Below are positions 38,990 through 53,149 of a stretch of 64,000 bases of DNA, piece by piece. Positions within the stretch are counted from its first letter, which is position 1; every line of letters begins with the position of its first letter. Under the pieces are notes generated by a model that ran no database searches, was not told the DNA's origin, and worked only from the letters and a program-made list of their open reading frames with translations. Source of the DNA: Neocallimastix sp. 'constans' (taxonomy: Eukaryota); assembly GCA_050613775.1 (NCBI GenBank), contig JBODTK010000116.1, forward strand, positions 248,001 through 312,000. Direction: 5' to 3'. The position numbers were made by a program, and so were the translations under genes.

Positions 38990-40159
38990 ATGTTTCGAAA
39001 AGGAACTTATAAATTCAACGATGACCCAAATTTTAATTTCCAATTAAATCGTGTAATTATGTGGGGTAATGGAGACCCAGAAGAAATAAAAAGTGTTTCA
39101 AAAAATATTGTAGATAGCGCTAGTTGGGTAAAAGAACTTCAAAAACTTTCTGAAAAAGCAGAAAAAGAAGGTAGAATTGATGCCCATATTGGATATCTTC
39201 GTATGTCTGAATTTTTCATGTATGACTCTGATCCTCAAAAATTAGAGACCTATACTAAAGCTAAAAATTTATTTTATACCCATAACGAAAATAAGCTCAA
39301 AGAGAAAGGTATTGAAAATGTAAAAGTTTCCTATGAAGATGGCTTCCTTCCAGTGATGGTCGGTAAAGCAGATGGAAATTGTCAAGGTAGAATTTTATTA
39401 CATGGTGGTAATGATAGTTACATTGAAGAATTCTTTGAGGCACTTTGTTATTTTAAGGAAAAAGGATTTGATGTTTACCTGTTCGAGGGACCAGGACAAG
39501 GTGGAGTCCTTCGTGAACAAAATTTAAAATTTGATTCAGCTTGGGAAAAACCTGTTACTGCTATTATAGATCATTTCAAATTAGAAGATGTTACTATTAT
39601 CGGTGCCTCTCTTGGAGGTTATTTAGCTCCAAGAGCTGCTGCATTTGAAAAGCGTATAACCAAAGTAGTCGCCTGGTCAATTTTCCCAGATTTCTTTGAT
39701 ATCTTATTAGCCGATGATCCAGTTTGGTTAAGAGTTGTTATGGATTTTATGTATAAGGTAGGATTAGCGGGAATTTTCAATATTTTATATAAGAAGATGA
39801 TGGAGCAAAGTGAATTAATTAAATGGAATTTAATGCATGGAATGTATGCCTATAATGCTCCAGATCCAGTAGGTTATGTTAAAAAGATACGTGAATTTAC
39901 ATTAAAAGGTATTGGTGATAAAATTAATCAAGATATGTTAATTATTGGTGGTAAGGACGATCATATGATTATGACACATTTAATTCATGAAGAAATAGAT
40001 CTCTTACCAAATGTTCGATCTCTTGCCTTCCAATTATATTCTAATCAAGATGATGCTGGAAGTCATTGTAATATTGGAAATATGAAACTAATACTGGATA
40101 CCATGATATCTTGGATTCAACAAATGAACTCCAAAAATGAACATTTAAAAAGCCAATAA
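38990..40159 (+). CDS. Alpha/beta hydrolase (esterase; FrsA/DUF1100-like), bacterial-type
   Basis: HGGNDS oxyanion region, FEGPGQG, GASLGG nucleophile elbow, GGKDDH (Asp) and SHCNIGN (His). No signal peptide. Intronless, 389 aa. Confidence 0.9.
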   Translation: MFRKGTYKFNDDPNFNFQLNRVIMWGNGDPEEIKSVSKNIVDSASWVKELQKLSEKAEKEGRIDAHIGYLRMSEFFMYDSDPQKLETYTKAKNLFYTHNENKLKEKGIENVKVSYEDGFLPVMVGKADGNCQGRILLHGGNDSYIEEFFEALCYFKEKGFDVYLFEGPGQGGVLREQNLKFDSAWEKPVTAIIDHFKLEDVTIIGASLGGYLAPRAAAFEKRITKVVAWSIFPDFFDILLADDPVWLRVVMDFMYKVGLAGIFNILYKKMMEQSELIKWNLMHGMYAYNAPDPVGYVKKIREFTLKGIGDKINQDMLIIGGKDDHMIMTHLIHEEIDLLPNVRSLAFQLYSNQDDAGSHCNIGNMKLILDTMISWIQQMNSKNEHLKSQ

Positions 40160-40654
40160 ATTAAATAAAATATAAATTGAAAATCCATTCAAGCATAAAA
40201 TTTGATATAAACTAAAATATACATATATATATATATATTATAAATATTATGTTTTCTAAACAAATATCATAAATTGATTTAAAACTCTTCAATATATATA
40301 TAAATATATATATAATGATATTCATATAAAAAAATAATGAATAGAAAAATCTATATATATATATTTATATAATACCTATATCTTTAATTTTAAAAAAATT
40401 AAAAAAAAAAAAAATATATTTTTTCAAAAATGATCAAAAAAAAAAAAAATTTTTTTTAATAATACATGAATAAATAGAGTTAATTATTTATGAAGCTTTA
40501 AATATTTTATTGTTATGATTATAAAGTGAAATATAAAATAATAAATGATCTTTGTAAAAAAAAAAAAAAAATTGTAATATTTCAATCAAATTATATAAAA
40601 AATATAATTTTATTAAAATATTGTTTTATATTTTTATAAAATTTAAATGGATTT

Positions 40655-40710
<56 letters not shown>

Positions 40711-41772
40711 AAAAATAAATTTAATATTCAATATAATATATGAAATATATATATATATATACATATTTTTATTTCCTATGTGATCTATAGAAAGTTAAGA
40801 ATTCTATTTTATAAAAAATATTCTTAAATAAATAGGAAATGATTAAATAAAGTTAAAAATGAAATATAAATTTACATATATATTTATATATAAGAATTAT
40901 TCAATTGTTATATTATTACTCTTAATTGGTTATAATTATTGATAATTTTTTTATAAAAAAAAAAAAAAGATATAATATTATTATCTACTTTTCACAGTTT
41001 ATTACTCATTATAAAAAAATAAAACAAAAAAGAAAAGAAAAAGAAATAGAAGAAAGACAAAAAGATAATATATTTAATTATCAACTTAGTAAATATTTAA
41101 TTTTTTTTATATTCAATATACTTTATTCTTAAATCCATTTTTAAAAATATTAAAATTTTAATTAGGGAATAATAAATAAAAATTTAATATTTTGTATTAA
41201 TTGCTTTTGGTTTATTTTAATTAAAAAATAAATAGATAGATAAGGTAGATAAGGTTACCGAAATATGATACAAATTTTGTCCGTTGATGAAAATTTTCAT
41301 AGGAATGAAAATTAATTAAATAATGCAAAATTAATTTATATATGTAATAAGAACAATAATTAAATAATAAATAAATAAATAATTAATAATAAATAAATAA
41401 TAATTAATAATAAATAAATAATAATAAATAATAAATAAATAATAATAAATAATAATAAAAAATAATAAAAAATAATAAATAATTAATAATAAATAATAAT
41501 ATATAATAATAAATAATAATAATAATATATAATTATAACAATAATATTCGTCACAATAAAAATAATATTTATAGCAGTATTTATATATTTAGAAAAAAAA
41601 AATTAAAATACATAAAATAAAAATAAAATAATTTTATTGATAGTTTAAAGTTATATAAAGGATTTATTTAACATTGAAAATGCTCATATTTATTAATTTT
41701 TTTTTTAAAAATATAAAAAAATTAAAATATAGATATATAAAATTTATTTTGATCATATATTAAATAATATAT

Positions 41773-41804
<32 letters not shown>

Positions 41805-43200
41805 CGTGGAAATTAGTTCAATTATATATATATGTACATAATGTACATATATATATCTTAAAAACTTCTAATTTTAAGTTATGGTATACATAAATATTTT
41901 ATAAAAATAATTATTCTTCTTAAAAAAAGTACCTTTATTACAATTACTAAAATTTAAATTACAATTTAATATAAAAAAATTAAGTAGTTTCAATTTTTTT
42001 ATTATTATTTTTTATTTTATTTAATTTTTTTTTATTTTTAAATTAAATTTTATTTGGAAAAAATAAAAAAAACATGAAACTATATAGTTAAATATAATCT
42101 TGTATATTAATTAGCCGTTAAAGAGTTTAACTATTATTTCCATTAAAAAAAATATTAAAAATATATTACTGATTTTATTTTTATTGATTGGATTATAATC
42201 ATTTTAAATTATATTTAAATAATTAAATAATTTAACTTTTATAATAATATTAATTATTATACAATTTAAAAATAGATCAATCTATTATTTCATTAATTTC
42301 AACATTAAAAATTAGAAGTGGATATTCATCATGAATTTATTATTAAAATTTATTTTAATAAAAATAATCATTTAATAATTTCTATTTAAAAAAAAAAAAT
42401 ATATATTTATATATATATATATATATAATTATCAAATATTATATATTGTTTTGCATTATAAAAAATTTTTTTTTTTTTTTTCATTTATATTAATATTTTA
42501 TATTATAATAAATACATATTAATTTTTAAATAATTGTTTTCTATACTCATAAACAAACAAATAAATAAATAATAAATAACAATAATAAAACAGTGTTTAA
42601 AAGTATTAATAAAATAAAAAAAAAAAAAATGAAAACAAAAACTTTTTTTTTTTTTATAATATTATTTTTATTTATTGAATACTTTTATTTTTATTAATTA
42701 CTATAAATTTATTACATATTTAATAGTATTAAATTATTAATAAATAAATTATTATTTAATGATTACATTAATATTTTTTATAATAAATTATTATTTAATG
42801 ATTAAATTATATTTTTATAATAAGTTATTAACTATTATGGAATATATAAATTATTATGTGAAAAAAAAAAAAAAATACATATATAAATATTTTATAAATA
42901 TGTTGATTATTACTGATTTTCAAAGTATTTAATATTTATATATAATATTATAATAATAATATGATATATTAATATTAAATAAATTAAATAAATAAATATT
43001 TGTAAATGAAAGATTCATTTTATAGATAACATATTAAAAAAAAAAAAAAATTATATTTTTACAAATAATTACATAAAATTACATTATAAAAATAAATATT
43101 AAAATAGTCTATTTTTAATATTATCTATATAAAACATTTTAAATTAATAAATATAAAAATAAAAAATATATTATTATTCTTTTGTTCCTCTTTCCTCAGT

Positions 43201-44097
43201 TTAATAATGAATTATATTATTTTGTTGTAAATTTGGAATAATTTCAACAGTTTGAATATATTGTATTGGTTTAGGAGCATTTTCAAAAATAGGGGAAGGT
43301 AAATAACTTGGAGAGGATTCTACATAAGTAACAGAAGTATTTGGAATACTACATTGAGTATTTATATTATGAATGACTTTATCATTATTACAAGAAATAG
43401 TATGTACTGGGGATATAATAGAACTATTTGGAGTATTGACAGTTGTAGGATTGCTATATATGATATATACATTATTATTTAATGGAGATTGACTTAAAGA
43501 TGGATAGGTAGCTTTAACTGAAACTGGAGATGAAACATAGGAAACAGTTTGATAGCTACTTTGTTGACTAACAGTAGTAGTATTTTGAATACTATTATTA
43601 TTATTATTATTATTTATATCTTGGTAATAAATAAATGGACTATTATTATTTTCTACTACTTGAATAATTTGGTTATTATTACTTTGAATATAAGTATTTT
43701 CAGGTTTAATGGAATAATTGATACTATTTTGAATGTTGACAATACTATTATTGTCGGTGCTATTGTTGCTATTATTAATTTTATTTGATTTTGAATTTAA
43801 TTGTTTATGCTTTATACTTTTTGAGTATTTATTTAAAGTTTTTTCAACTCTATCAATAATATTTTCTTCATAATGACAAATATTAGAATATCTTTTATCA
43901 TTACAAAGTTCTTTCCATACTTTAGCTACAAAGAGACAACTAATATTATCTGGAGTAGTTCCGATTTTATTAAGAATGGTTTTCCATAAAAGTTTTAATT
44001 GAAGAGTAGTTTTAGCATAGGAATTAAGGGATCTGCATAAACGTTCATAACCTAATATTATAAAATATTATAAATAAAATTTATTATTAATATTTAT

Positions 44098-44140
<43 letters not shown>

Positions 44141-44829
44141 AAAAAAGTTAAATAATTTATTAAATTATAATACATACTTGGTTGAATATCAAATTCTTCA
44201 AGTTGATCTAAAACTTTTGCAGATATTAAATAACGATAAGCCTCTTTATATTTTAATGTAATAAATTTTGAAAAAAAAAAAAAAAGGATTAGTAAATCTT
44301 ATTTTATACAATTTTAAATATTAAATAAAATATATTTTTTTTATAATATTATATTTTTATTTATTAATACTTACGAGCTCTAAATTTTTTGGATATACAT
44401 ATTATAGAGAATATTATTTTAAAAATTATTTTACATATAAATAATAATTAATAAAATTAATTGAAAAAAAATTTTTTTTTTAAATTTATTTAATAATAAA
44501 AATAAAGAATAAAAATAATAAACTAATAATTACTTTGAAATATTCCATTTCATTTTAACATATTCATCAAAAGAATAGCCTTGCTTTTTATATTCTTTTA
44601 AATTCAAATGATATTGGACACTTTTTACCAAATCTTTAAATTTCTTTTGTTTTTCAATATAGGTTGAGTAAATACTATAAAATTAAAATCAAAATCATAA
44701 GAAAAATTAAAATTAATTATTATTATTACCCATTTTTTTTTTTTTTTAATAAAATAGTATTAGATTATCTATTTTAATATTATTATATAAATATAAATCA
44801 TACGTTTCAAATATAGCATTTCTTTCCAT
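43201..44829 (-). CDS. 5-exon gene (44829-44804, 44674-44534, 44379-44375, 44243-44178, 44051-43201), 362 aa; putative DNA-binding regulator with Asn/Ser/Pro-rich tail
   Basis: All four introns are GT-AG. Exons sum to 1089 nt and are open throughout: MERNAIFETIYSTYIEKQKKFKDLVKSVQYHLNLKEYKKQGYSFDEYVKMKWNISKAQAYRYLISAKVLDQLEEFDIQPSYERLCRSL...IIHY*. Absent from the ORF track. Confidence 0.85.
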
Positions 44830-47800
44830 TTTTAAAAAAATTTTTTATGTATTTATTTTATTAATAAATTAAAATTTATAATACAATAGTTATAAAAGAA
44901 TTTATAATTGAAACAATACTATAATTAAATTGATAAACAATAAATAATAAGTAAATAATTAAAAAAAAAAAAAAAAAAAAAAAGAAAAGAAAAATTGATT
45001 CCTTTTATATACTTTTGTTTTATAATAAATATATTAATTTATTTTAATATTTATATATATATTTTATCCTTTATCTTTTCCATTTTTTCATAATATTTAA
45101 ATAATAATAATTTTTTTTTTTAATTAAAAATTTTTAATTAAAAAGAACAATGGAAAATAACACGTTTATTATTATTTTAATATAAATTCAAATTATATAT
45201 AAAATCCATAATACTAAAGTTTATCTTAACATATTATTTAACTTATTTATTTAATTTTCTTAAACATTATTGGTTAACTTTTATTTATATTTATTTATCA
45301 CCTTTATTATTATATACTATATATATAATAAATATAAAATTAATAATTTAATAAAAATATAATTTAGAAATAATAAATAAATAATAATAAAATAATAAAC
45401 AATAAACAAATTATTTATATTCATAATAAATATTCATATTAATTGATAATTCAATTTGGAAAAAAAAATGTCAATGTCTTTATACTATTTTTATTTTATT
45501 AACATTATCCATTTTATATATTTTATATACACCATATTTCTTATTATTTCTATATTTTGTTATAATTTTAATATTATAATTGTTAATACTTTTTTTAAAT
45601 TTTTTTTTTATAAATATTATAATTGTTTATATAATTTTTTTTTAAAAGATGAACTGTATATCTATTTTATATCAATAATTTTATTATAAAAAAAAAAATA
45701 AATAATAATATTATTATTAAAACAAGTATGTTTACATTATTATGTTTTATTTCTATTAATACTATTTTATTATATTACATTATTATTAATGATAATATTA
45801 TTCTGTTATTATGATATGATCTTGCTATATTAGATTTTTTTTACTTTAAATTTTAAATAATTAATGAAAATTATATTATTAAATGATAGTATTAAAAATA
45901 ATTGAAAATAATAATAATATTATTAAAAATAAATAAATAAGTAATAATAATATTATTAAAAAAAGAAAAAAAAATGAAAATAAATAGTATGAAAGAATAG
46001 AAAAAGGAACAATTATTTGTTACCAAAACTTTAATTATATAAAAAATTTAATTAAAAAAAAAAAAAAAAAAGGTAAATTTAATTATGTTATAACTATTTT
46101 TTTTTATATATACTTTGAAGTTGCCGCAAATTTTAATCTATAGTTTCAAAAATTAAATTAATTTTAGTTTTTTATTTCCTGCTTAAATTTTTATTGTTAT
46201 TTTAATAATAATAATAAATAAAAATAACAAAAACTAAAATTAATTTAATTATTCTTTTATTATTATTATTATTATTATTATTATAATTTTTAAAAAGTTA
46301 TTTAGGCAATATAATTTTAAATAAATAAAAAAAAAAAAAAATTAATTTATATTGTAAAAAATAATAAAGTTAAATAATAATATCTATTCATCAAATATAC
46401 TAATAAATATAATAAATAGCCAAAGAAAATAATAAATTTCGGATAATAATGAATTTAATATATGCCAAAAAATGAAATGTTTTGAAATAAATGTTAACTG
46501 TAATTATTAATAAAATAGAAATAAAGTTTAATAATAAAATCAAATGAAATAATACAATAAAAATTTTCATACATATGCCATAAATAAGGTATTAATACTA
46601 TTGTATATGGAAAAAATATTTTGTAAATAATAATTAATAAATTATAGTATTAATACTATTGTATATGAAAACGATATTTAGTAATAATTAATAAATTATA
46701 GTAATTTTATTTTATTTTTATTTTTTATTTATTTTTATTTTATTGTTATTTTTTTTGATATAATATATAATTATTTAAATATATATATATATAAGTTACT
46801 AAATAGCTGAAATTTTCTTATAGTCATCCAAAGCGAAGAAAAAAAAATATTAAATTCATTATGTTTAATATACAAAGAACAATCTCATAAATTATTTTTT
46901 TAATTAAATAATTATTATAATTATCATTATTTACATTATTTATAATAATTAATTTCCGGTAAATAATAAAATTTTATTATAATAAATTATTTTGTTTCAA
47001 ATTATACAATGAAAGGATTCAATATTATTATTTAAAATTTATTTAAATATTTAATAAATTAAAATATTAGATTATAATAAAAAAAATAAAAAATTATATA
47101 TATATTGTGTTTATGTGTTTATTGTGTTAGTAAAAATACATATAATAAATACATTGTAATATATATTAATTCATTATAATAAAATTTTCAATTTAATTTA
47201 TTTGTTAAAAATAAAATTCATTAATCCAAAAATAAAAATTTTTAATATTATGTAATAAAGTTATATATATATTTTTTATTTTTATAAATATAAAATTATT
47301 AAAATTAACCGTACAAGTTTTTTACCTCCAGAATAAATATATGTAAAAGGTTAATTTACTAATTATTATTATTATTATTATTATTATTTTTTATAAAAAT
47401 ATGCATATTAAAAGTAGTATATATAGATACTTAACTGCATTTAAAAAAATTTTTTTATATCTTTTATTTATATTAGTTTTAAATTATAAACTTTATTATT
47501 TAACGAATTATATATTTATATGTTTATGTGTCTTATCTACTTTGTTATACAAAAAATAAACAATAAATATTAAAAAAAAAAAAAAAAAAAAAAAATAAAA
47601 AATAAAATAAAAAAATAAAATAAAATTTAATACATGGTAATTTTTTTATATTATTGTAATAATATTTTTAAAAGTAACAGATAATTTATATATATTTTAT
47701 GTACCATATCTACTTTGTTATACAAAAAATAAACAATATAGCTTTAAAAAAAAATATAGATTTAACAGAGATGTCGTTTTATATTTTTATATTTTAAAAT

Positions 47801-48532
47801 AACGGTTAATTTTTTTTTTTTTTTTTTAATTTCTTTATTATTTTTAAATTTATTTAATGAATTAATCTTTAAATATTTATTTGAAAGACTTAAAATTATT
47901 AATTCTTTATTATTTTATTTTAAATAACTTGTATTACTTTCTTTAATTTAATCTGTTTTATTTTAATGAATAAATATTTTATATAAATAAAAAGTGATAA
48001 TTAATAAAAATACTATATAAATAAATATTTTTTTTAATTATTTTTAACCCATTTATTATAATAGATACTGTATTGATATAACAAATTAAAAATTTGTGTT
48101 TACATTTTTATCAATAAATTATTTTTTTTTTTTAAATATAAATATTCTAAAAGTCTCACATACACTATAGTTTAAATATTTTGTGTTACTTTTTTGTTTT
48201 AAAAAAAAATTACATATTTTTATATTTATATGGAATAAATATATATATATAAATTAATTTTTTAATTGATACTATATTGACATAAAAAACTAAAATTTTA
48301 TGTTATAATTTTAATATTTAAACATTTTGTGTTACTTTTTTTGTTTAATTAAATCAATTTTATTATATGAATTATATATTATATATTATTTTTTTTATAA
48401 TATTTACATAGAATAATTACTTTTATAAAAAAAAAAAAAAAATTTTTTTTCTAATCGAAATTGTATCTAAAATTAATATAATGAACTTTTTTTTTTTTTT
48501 TTTTTAAAAAAAGAAATTAAAATAAAATACAT

Positions 48533-49231
48533 TTATTCATTATAAATTATTTCCATTTTAGGAGTTTCACTAATATCTTGTAATTTTGATCTTTTAACCC
48601 AAATAAAAATACCAGCAGTAGCTGCAGCTGCAGATCCGGCAAGGCCAAAAACAATGTAGGATTTATTAGAAGTAGTTTGGAAAAAATTATCTTCTGATTG
48701 ATCTTCTTCTACATTAATATCTAAGTTATTAATAGACTGTTCATTATTATTATTTATTGAAATAGGATCATCATTAGCAATATTGCTTTCTTTTTTTAGG
48801 TTTATGGTAATAGCAGGTACAATTTCATCATTTTCAATTAAAGTAGTATTAGTAGAAGTATTAGTAGAATTATTAATAGGTGTATAAGTAGAGGTATATG
48901 TAGATGTATCTGTAGAAGTAGGTTCAATATTTAATTCAGTAGAAGTAATCTGTTCTTGTTCCGATGTAAAGCTTTCCTTTAATTCATTATTTAATGTTGA
49001 AGTACTATTGAATTCCATAGCCTTAGTAGTATCATCTAATTTTTCTTGTTCAAAGTCTGAAGAAGAAGAGTGAATACTAACACTTTCGGGAATAATCAAT
49101 ATATCATTACTAGAGGAGGTAGTATTAACAGTGATTTCTTTTTCATCTAAAATTTCATTTCCAGTACTAATTACCATGGAGTAGGCAAAAGTACAATGGA
49201 TAGAGAATAAAACAATATATTGGAACTTCAT
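48533..49231 (-). CDS. Secreted Ser/Thr/acidic type-I membrane protein
   Basis: Signal peptide, low-complexity ectodomain, TM IVFGLAGSAAAATAGIFIWV followed by KRSK and a short tail. 232 aa. Confidence 0.85.
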   Translation of the reverse strand: MKFQYIVLFSIHCTFAYSMVISTGNEILDEKEITVNTTSSSNDILIIPESVSIHSSSSDFEQEKLDDTTKAMEFNSTSTLNNELKESFTSEQEQITSTELNIEPTSTDTSTYTSTYTPINNSTNTSTNTTLIENDEIVPAITINLKKESNIANDDPISINNNNEQSINNLDINVEEDQSEDNFFQTTSNKSYIVFGLAGSAAAATAGIFIWVKRSKLQDISETPKMEIIYNE

Positions 49232-49455
49232 TTCTAATTATTGTAAATTTATTAATAATTTAATATTATAATAAAAAAAATTTTTTTTTTCTTTTTAATG
49301 AACAAAATTATACTAAGTTTATCTATAATCAATATTAATAATAATATTATTATTATAATTGATATAATATTATGTTTTAATAATCATTTATTTAAAATTA
49401 TATATATGTATATGTATATTTATTTATTATTATTATTATTTTTCTTTTTTTTTTC

Positions 49456-49486
<31 letters not shown>

Positions 49487-49942
49487 CATATATAGTGAGA
49501 AGTTTTTTTTTCTTTTTTTTTGAAAAAAAAAAAAAAAAAAGAAAAATGAATTCATTATATATTTTTCTCAATAAATATAAACATTATGATTTCATATTAA
49601 ACTATTTCAATAATTCATAAATTTTGCTTTTTTTTTTCTATAATCCCCAAAAAATATATGAATAGATATAATAGTTTTTATTTAATATCTCCTATAAATT
49701 TTATATATAATTAATTTGCTAATCAATCAATTCTAGTCAATTGTTATTAGTTTAAAATTATTTTAAAAGTTTATTATATATGTTATATATAAAATTATAA
49801 TATAGAATTTTTCATAATTTTATTGAAAAGTAAAAAAAAATTATTGGATTTCAAATTATTAAATAAAAAAAAAAAAAAAAAAAGCATTATAGTTATGATG
49901 AAATTTTTAGGAATTTTCTATCTGATTTTAAAAATAATAATA

Positions 49943-49993
<51 letters not shown>

Positions 49994-50981
49994 TAATTAA
50001 AAATATTTAATAAAAATTTTATTGAATATATATTTTATTTATAGGATAAAAAAAGGAGATATATTTTTATTATTAAAAATTTCAATAAAGAATTATTTTT
50101 TTTTTTTTTTTTTTTTTTTTAATTCTTAATATATATATTTAATATTTCTTCTTTTTATTAATTAATTATTATTAAAATATTTATTGATTATTATTTATTA
50201 TTTATTAAAAATTTTTTAAAAACTATTTCAAATGGCAATGACTAAAAATCATGAATCTAAGAATTTCAGAATTAATTTGATTTGTTAAATAACTATTAAT
50301 AACTATTATTTCATCAATTCCTTTAATTACAATTAAACAAATGATAAAATATGGCAGTGATAATAATAATTAAATATATATATAGATATATTAACAATTA
50401 ATAAATTTATGACTAACAGCATTATTTAATTTTAATAGCAATCATTATTTTTTTTTCTTAATTTTATATGTTCAAATATTATAAAAAAAAACAATAATAA
50501 AAAGTATTTAAAATAATAATAATTATAAAAATATTTTAGAATATGTGAAATATATGAAAAATAACCTTCAAATGTATTGAAACATATTGTAATATAAATA
50601 ATGTACAAACCATAATGTAATAGTATAAGAACATTTAATATAGAATAATTAAGTGCTAATAATTATTTATTATATATAATATCAAGTTAACATAATTATA
50701 AACCAAAAATTGCTGACTTATAGCAATTATAAAAATAATAAAAAGTAATAATTATATGTATTCATAATAAATATCAATTAAATATTTAATAATTTTATAA
50801 TTTACTTGATAAACAAATCAAATATAATTTTTTTTTCATTTTTTTTAATAACACTATTGAATTTAATTTAATTTAGTATAATTTAATTTAATTTAATTTA
50901 ATTTAATTTAATTTAATTTAATTAATTTATTTATTTGTTTATTTATTTAATTATTTTAGTTATTTAATTTATTACTGTTTT

Positions 50982-52336
50982 GGGGAGTTTTGGAAAATGT
51001 GGCGTTTCAAAATTTAATAAATAAATAATTTTAATCAACAATGTCAAATTTTAAAAATTTTTTTATTTTTATTATTCTTTTTATATTTATTTAATAAATA
51101 AAAATTATTCTTAAAAAATAAAATATTTTTGAAATTTTCATTATATTATATTTATAAAAAAATAAACTATTATTGAAATCTATAAAAAGTATTTAGAATA
51201 TAAAAAAATATTTAATAATTAAAAAGGTTTATGTTTATATATCTTAAGATAGAAAAAAAATGTTCTTTAAATATTCTTAAAAATATTCTTTAAAAAATTA
51301 ATCTATATGTTAATAAATAGGATGGATAAGTTAATAAATAGGATGGATAAAAAATTTTTTTTCTTTAAAACTTTTATTTAAATATTAATGAATACTATAT
51401 TTATATATTTAATTTAAAGATCTTATAAAACTTTTAATTATTACTATTTTTATTATATGTTTTATTAGAAACATTTATTTATAGCATAAAAGATATTAAT
51501 AAAAATATAAAAATAAAAACATTTAATAGAATATTTATTTTATAATGGTTATAAAATTAATGATATATATATAAATATTATTAATGGAAATATAAAAATA
51601 AAAATACAAATAAAAATAATAAAGTAATTATTTAGAAATATTTAGATATTTCTAATATTTTTTTAAATTATTATTTTAAAAAATATTAAAATTTTAAACA
51701 TTTATGAATTTTTAATTAAGAATAATTTGTACTATTAATAATAATTTTGTGGTACAAAATTATTATTAACAAATCTTTTTCTTTTGATCATTACTCTGTC
51801 ATTTATTACAAATCAGTATTAATATTATTTAAGTTAAATAAGTATTTAAACTATAATTCAACCATATCATTTCTAAGTCTTCCATTATCAATTAATTTAG
51901 ATTCCAAAGTTTTGTATTTTTCAATTAACATATTAATTTCAGCAATTTTTCCTAATTCTTTTTTTTTTTTTTTTTTTTTTCAAAATTCCTACTCTTTTCC
52001 TTTTTTTTTAATCACAATGATAAAGATTCTTCTTATTTTAATTTATATATTAAACAGAGAACGAAATTTTTTTTTTAAATAAATTAATAATTATTGAAAG
52101 ATTCTATATGTTATTATATGTTCTATATTGTTATAATAATTTCAAAAAAAATTTTTTAAATAATTTTTTTTTTTTTTTTAAATATTCTAAAAATTTCAAA
52201 AAATTGATCATTGTTATTTGTTTCATACTTAGTTTTACTAAAAAAATCAGTTATTCAGGATTAATAAAAGATAAGTTCAAAATCACTTCATAATAAATAT
52301 TTATTATTATTATATTATATTTTATTATAATATAAT

Positions 52337-52380
<44 letters not shown>

Positions 52381-53097
52381 CTAATGTTCTATGTTCTATT
52401 ATGGCGCCAAATACAATATTTAATATTTATAAAAGGAAATATTTTTTTTTTTTTGATCTATTAGATATACCTTTTTCTATATCACAATGAAATTTTTTTG
52501 GAATAATTATAGTATTATTGATATATTTATTAGCACTTTTTTAATTTATTCAAATAACATCTTATAAGTAGCTTGTTCATTATTTTTTAATATTGAAAAA
52601 GAATTAGTATAAAAACTATTTAAATCAAGTAATGAACAATTGATAACTAACTTTAGGTGCAATATAAAAAGTACTATTTTCAAATATATCTTCTTTATAT
52701 TTTTAAAATAATTTTGTTTAGAATGGCTATTGAATGATTATTTAATTAGGATCGAATATCACAAAATTTTTATTTCTTTCTGTTTTATATTATATTGGAA
52801 CATCAGGAATTTCATCAAACTTTGTTACGTCAAGAGGTAGTTTGTTTGTTTATATTTCTTGTTATGTGGGATTTAATTGTTTTATATTCAGGACATATAA
52901 ATTCTATATTCTATAAGCTTTTTTAAATATGTGTTTAGGTTTAATACCCAAAGGAATTGAACTTTTTTTTTTTTAATTTCCTCCTTAATTTTTATGTTTT
53001 ACAATAGATATAGATAATTCAAATTCTTATTAAAGATGAAAGATTTTCATTTATTTAAAGGTTTATATTTAGTATATTTATATTCTTTAGAATTATC

Positions 53098-53100
<3 letters not shown>
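50982..53100 (-). mobile_element. Second Mutator-like (MULE) transposon remnant (transposase about 53100-51800)
   Basis: Minus strand: CPEYKTIKSHITRNINKQ.LPLDVTKFDEIP...DIFENSTFYIAPKVSYQLFIT...FHCDIEKGISN...IFPFINIKYCIWRH...YNNIEHIT. Homologous to the 23.5-24.5 kb copy. A TIR-like GGGGAGTTTTGGAAAATGTGGCGT is at 50982. Confidence 0.85.
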
Positions 53101-53129
<29 letters not shown>

Positions 53130-53149
53130 GAAACCCCTCAATTAATAAA

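Noticed and set aside
43549..43788. 79-aa plus-strand ORF
   Set aside because: Antisense to the last exon of the 5-exon minus-strand gene.
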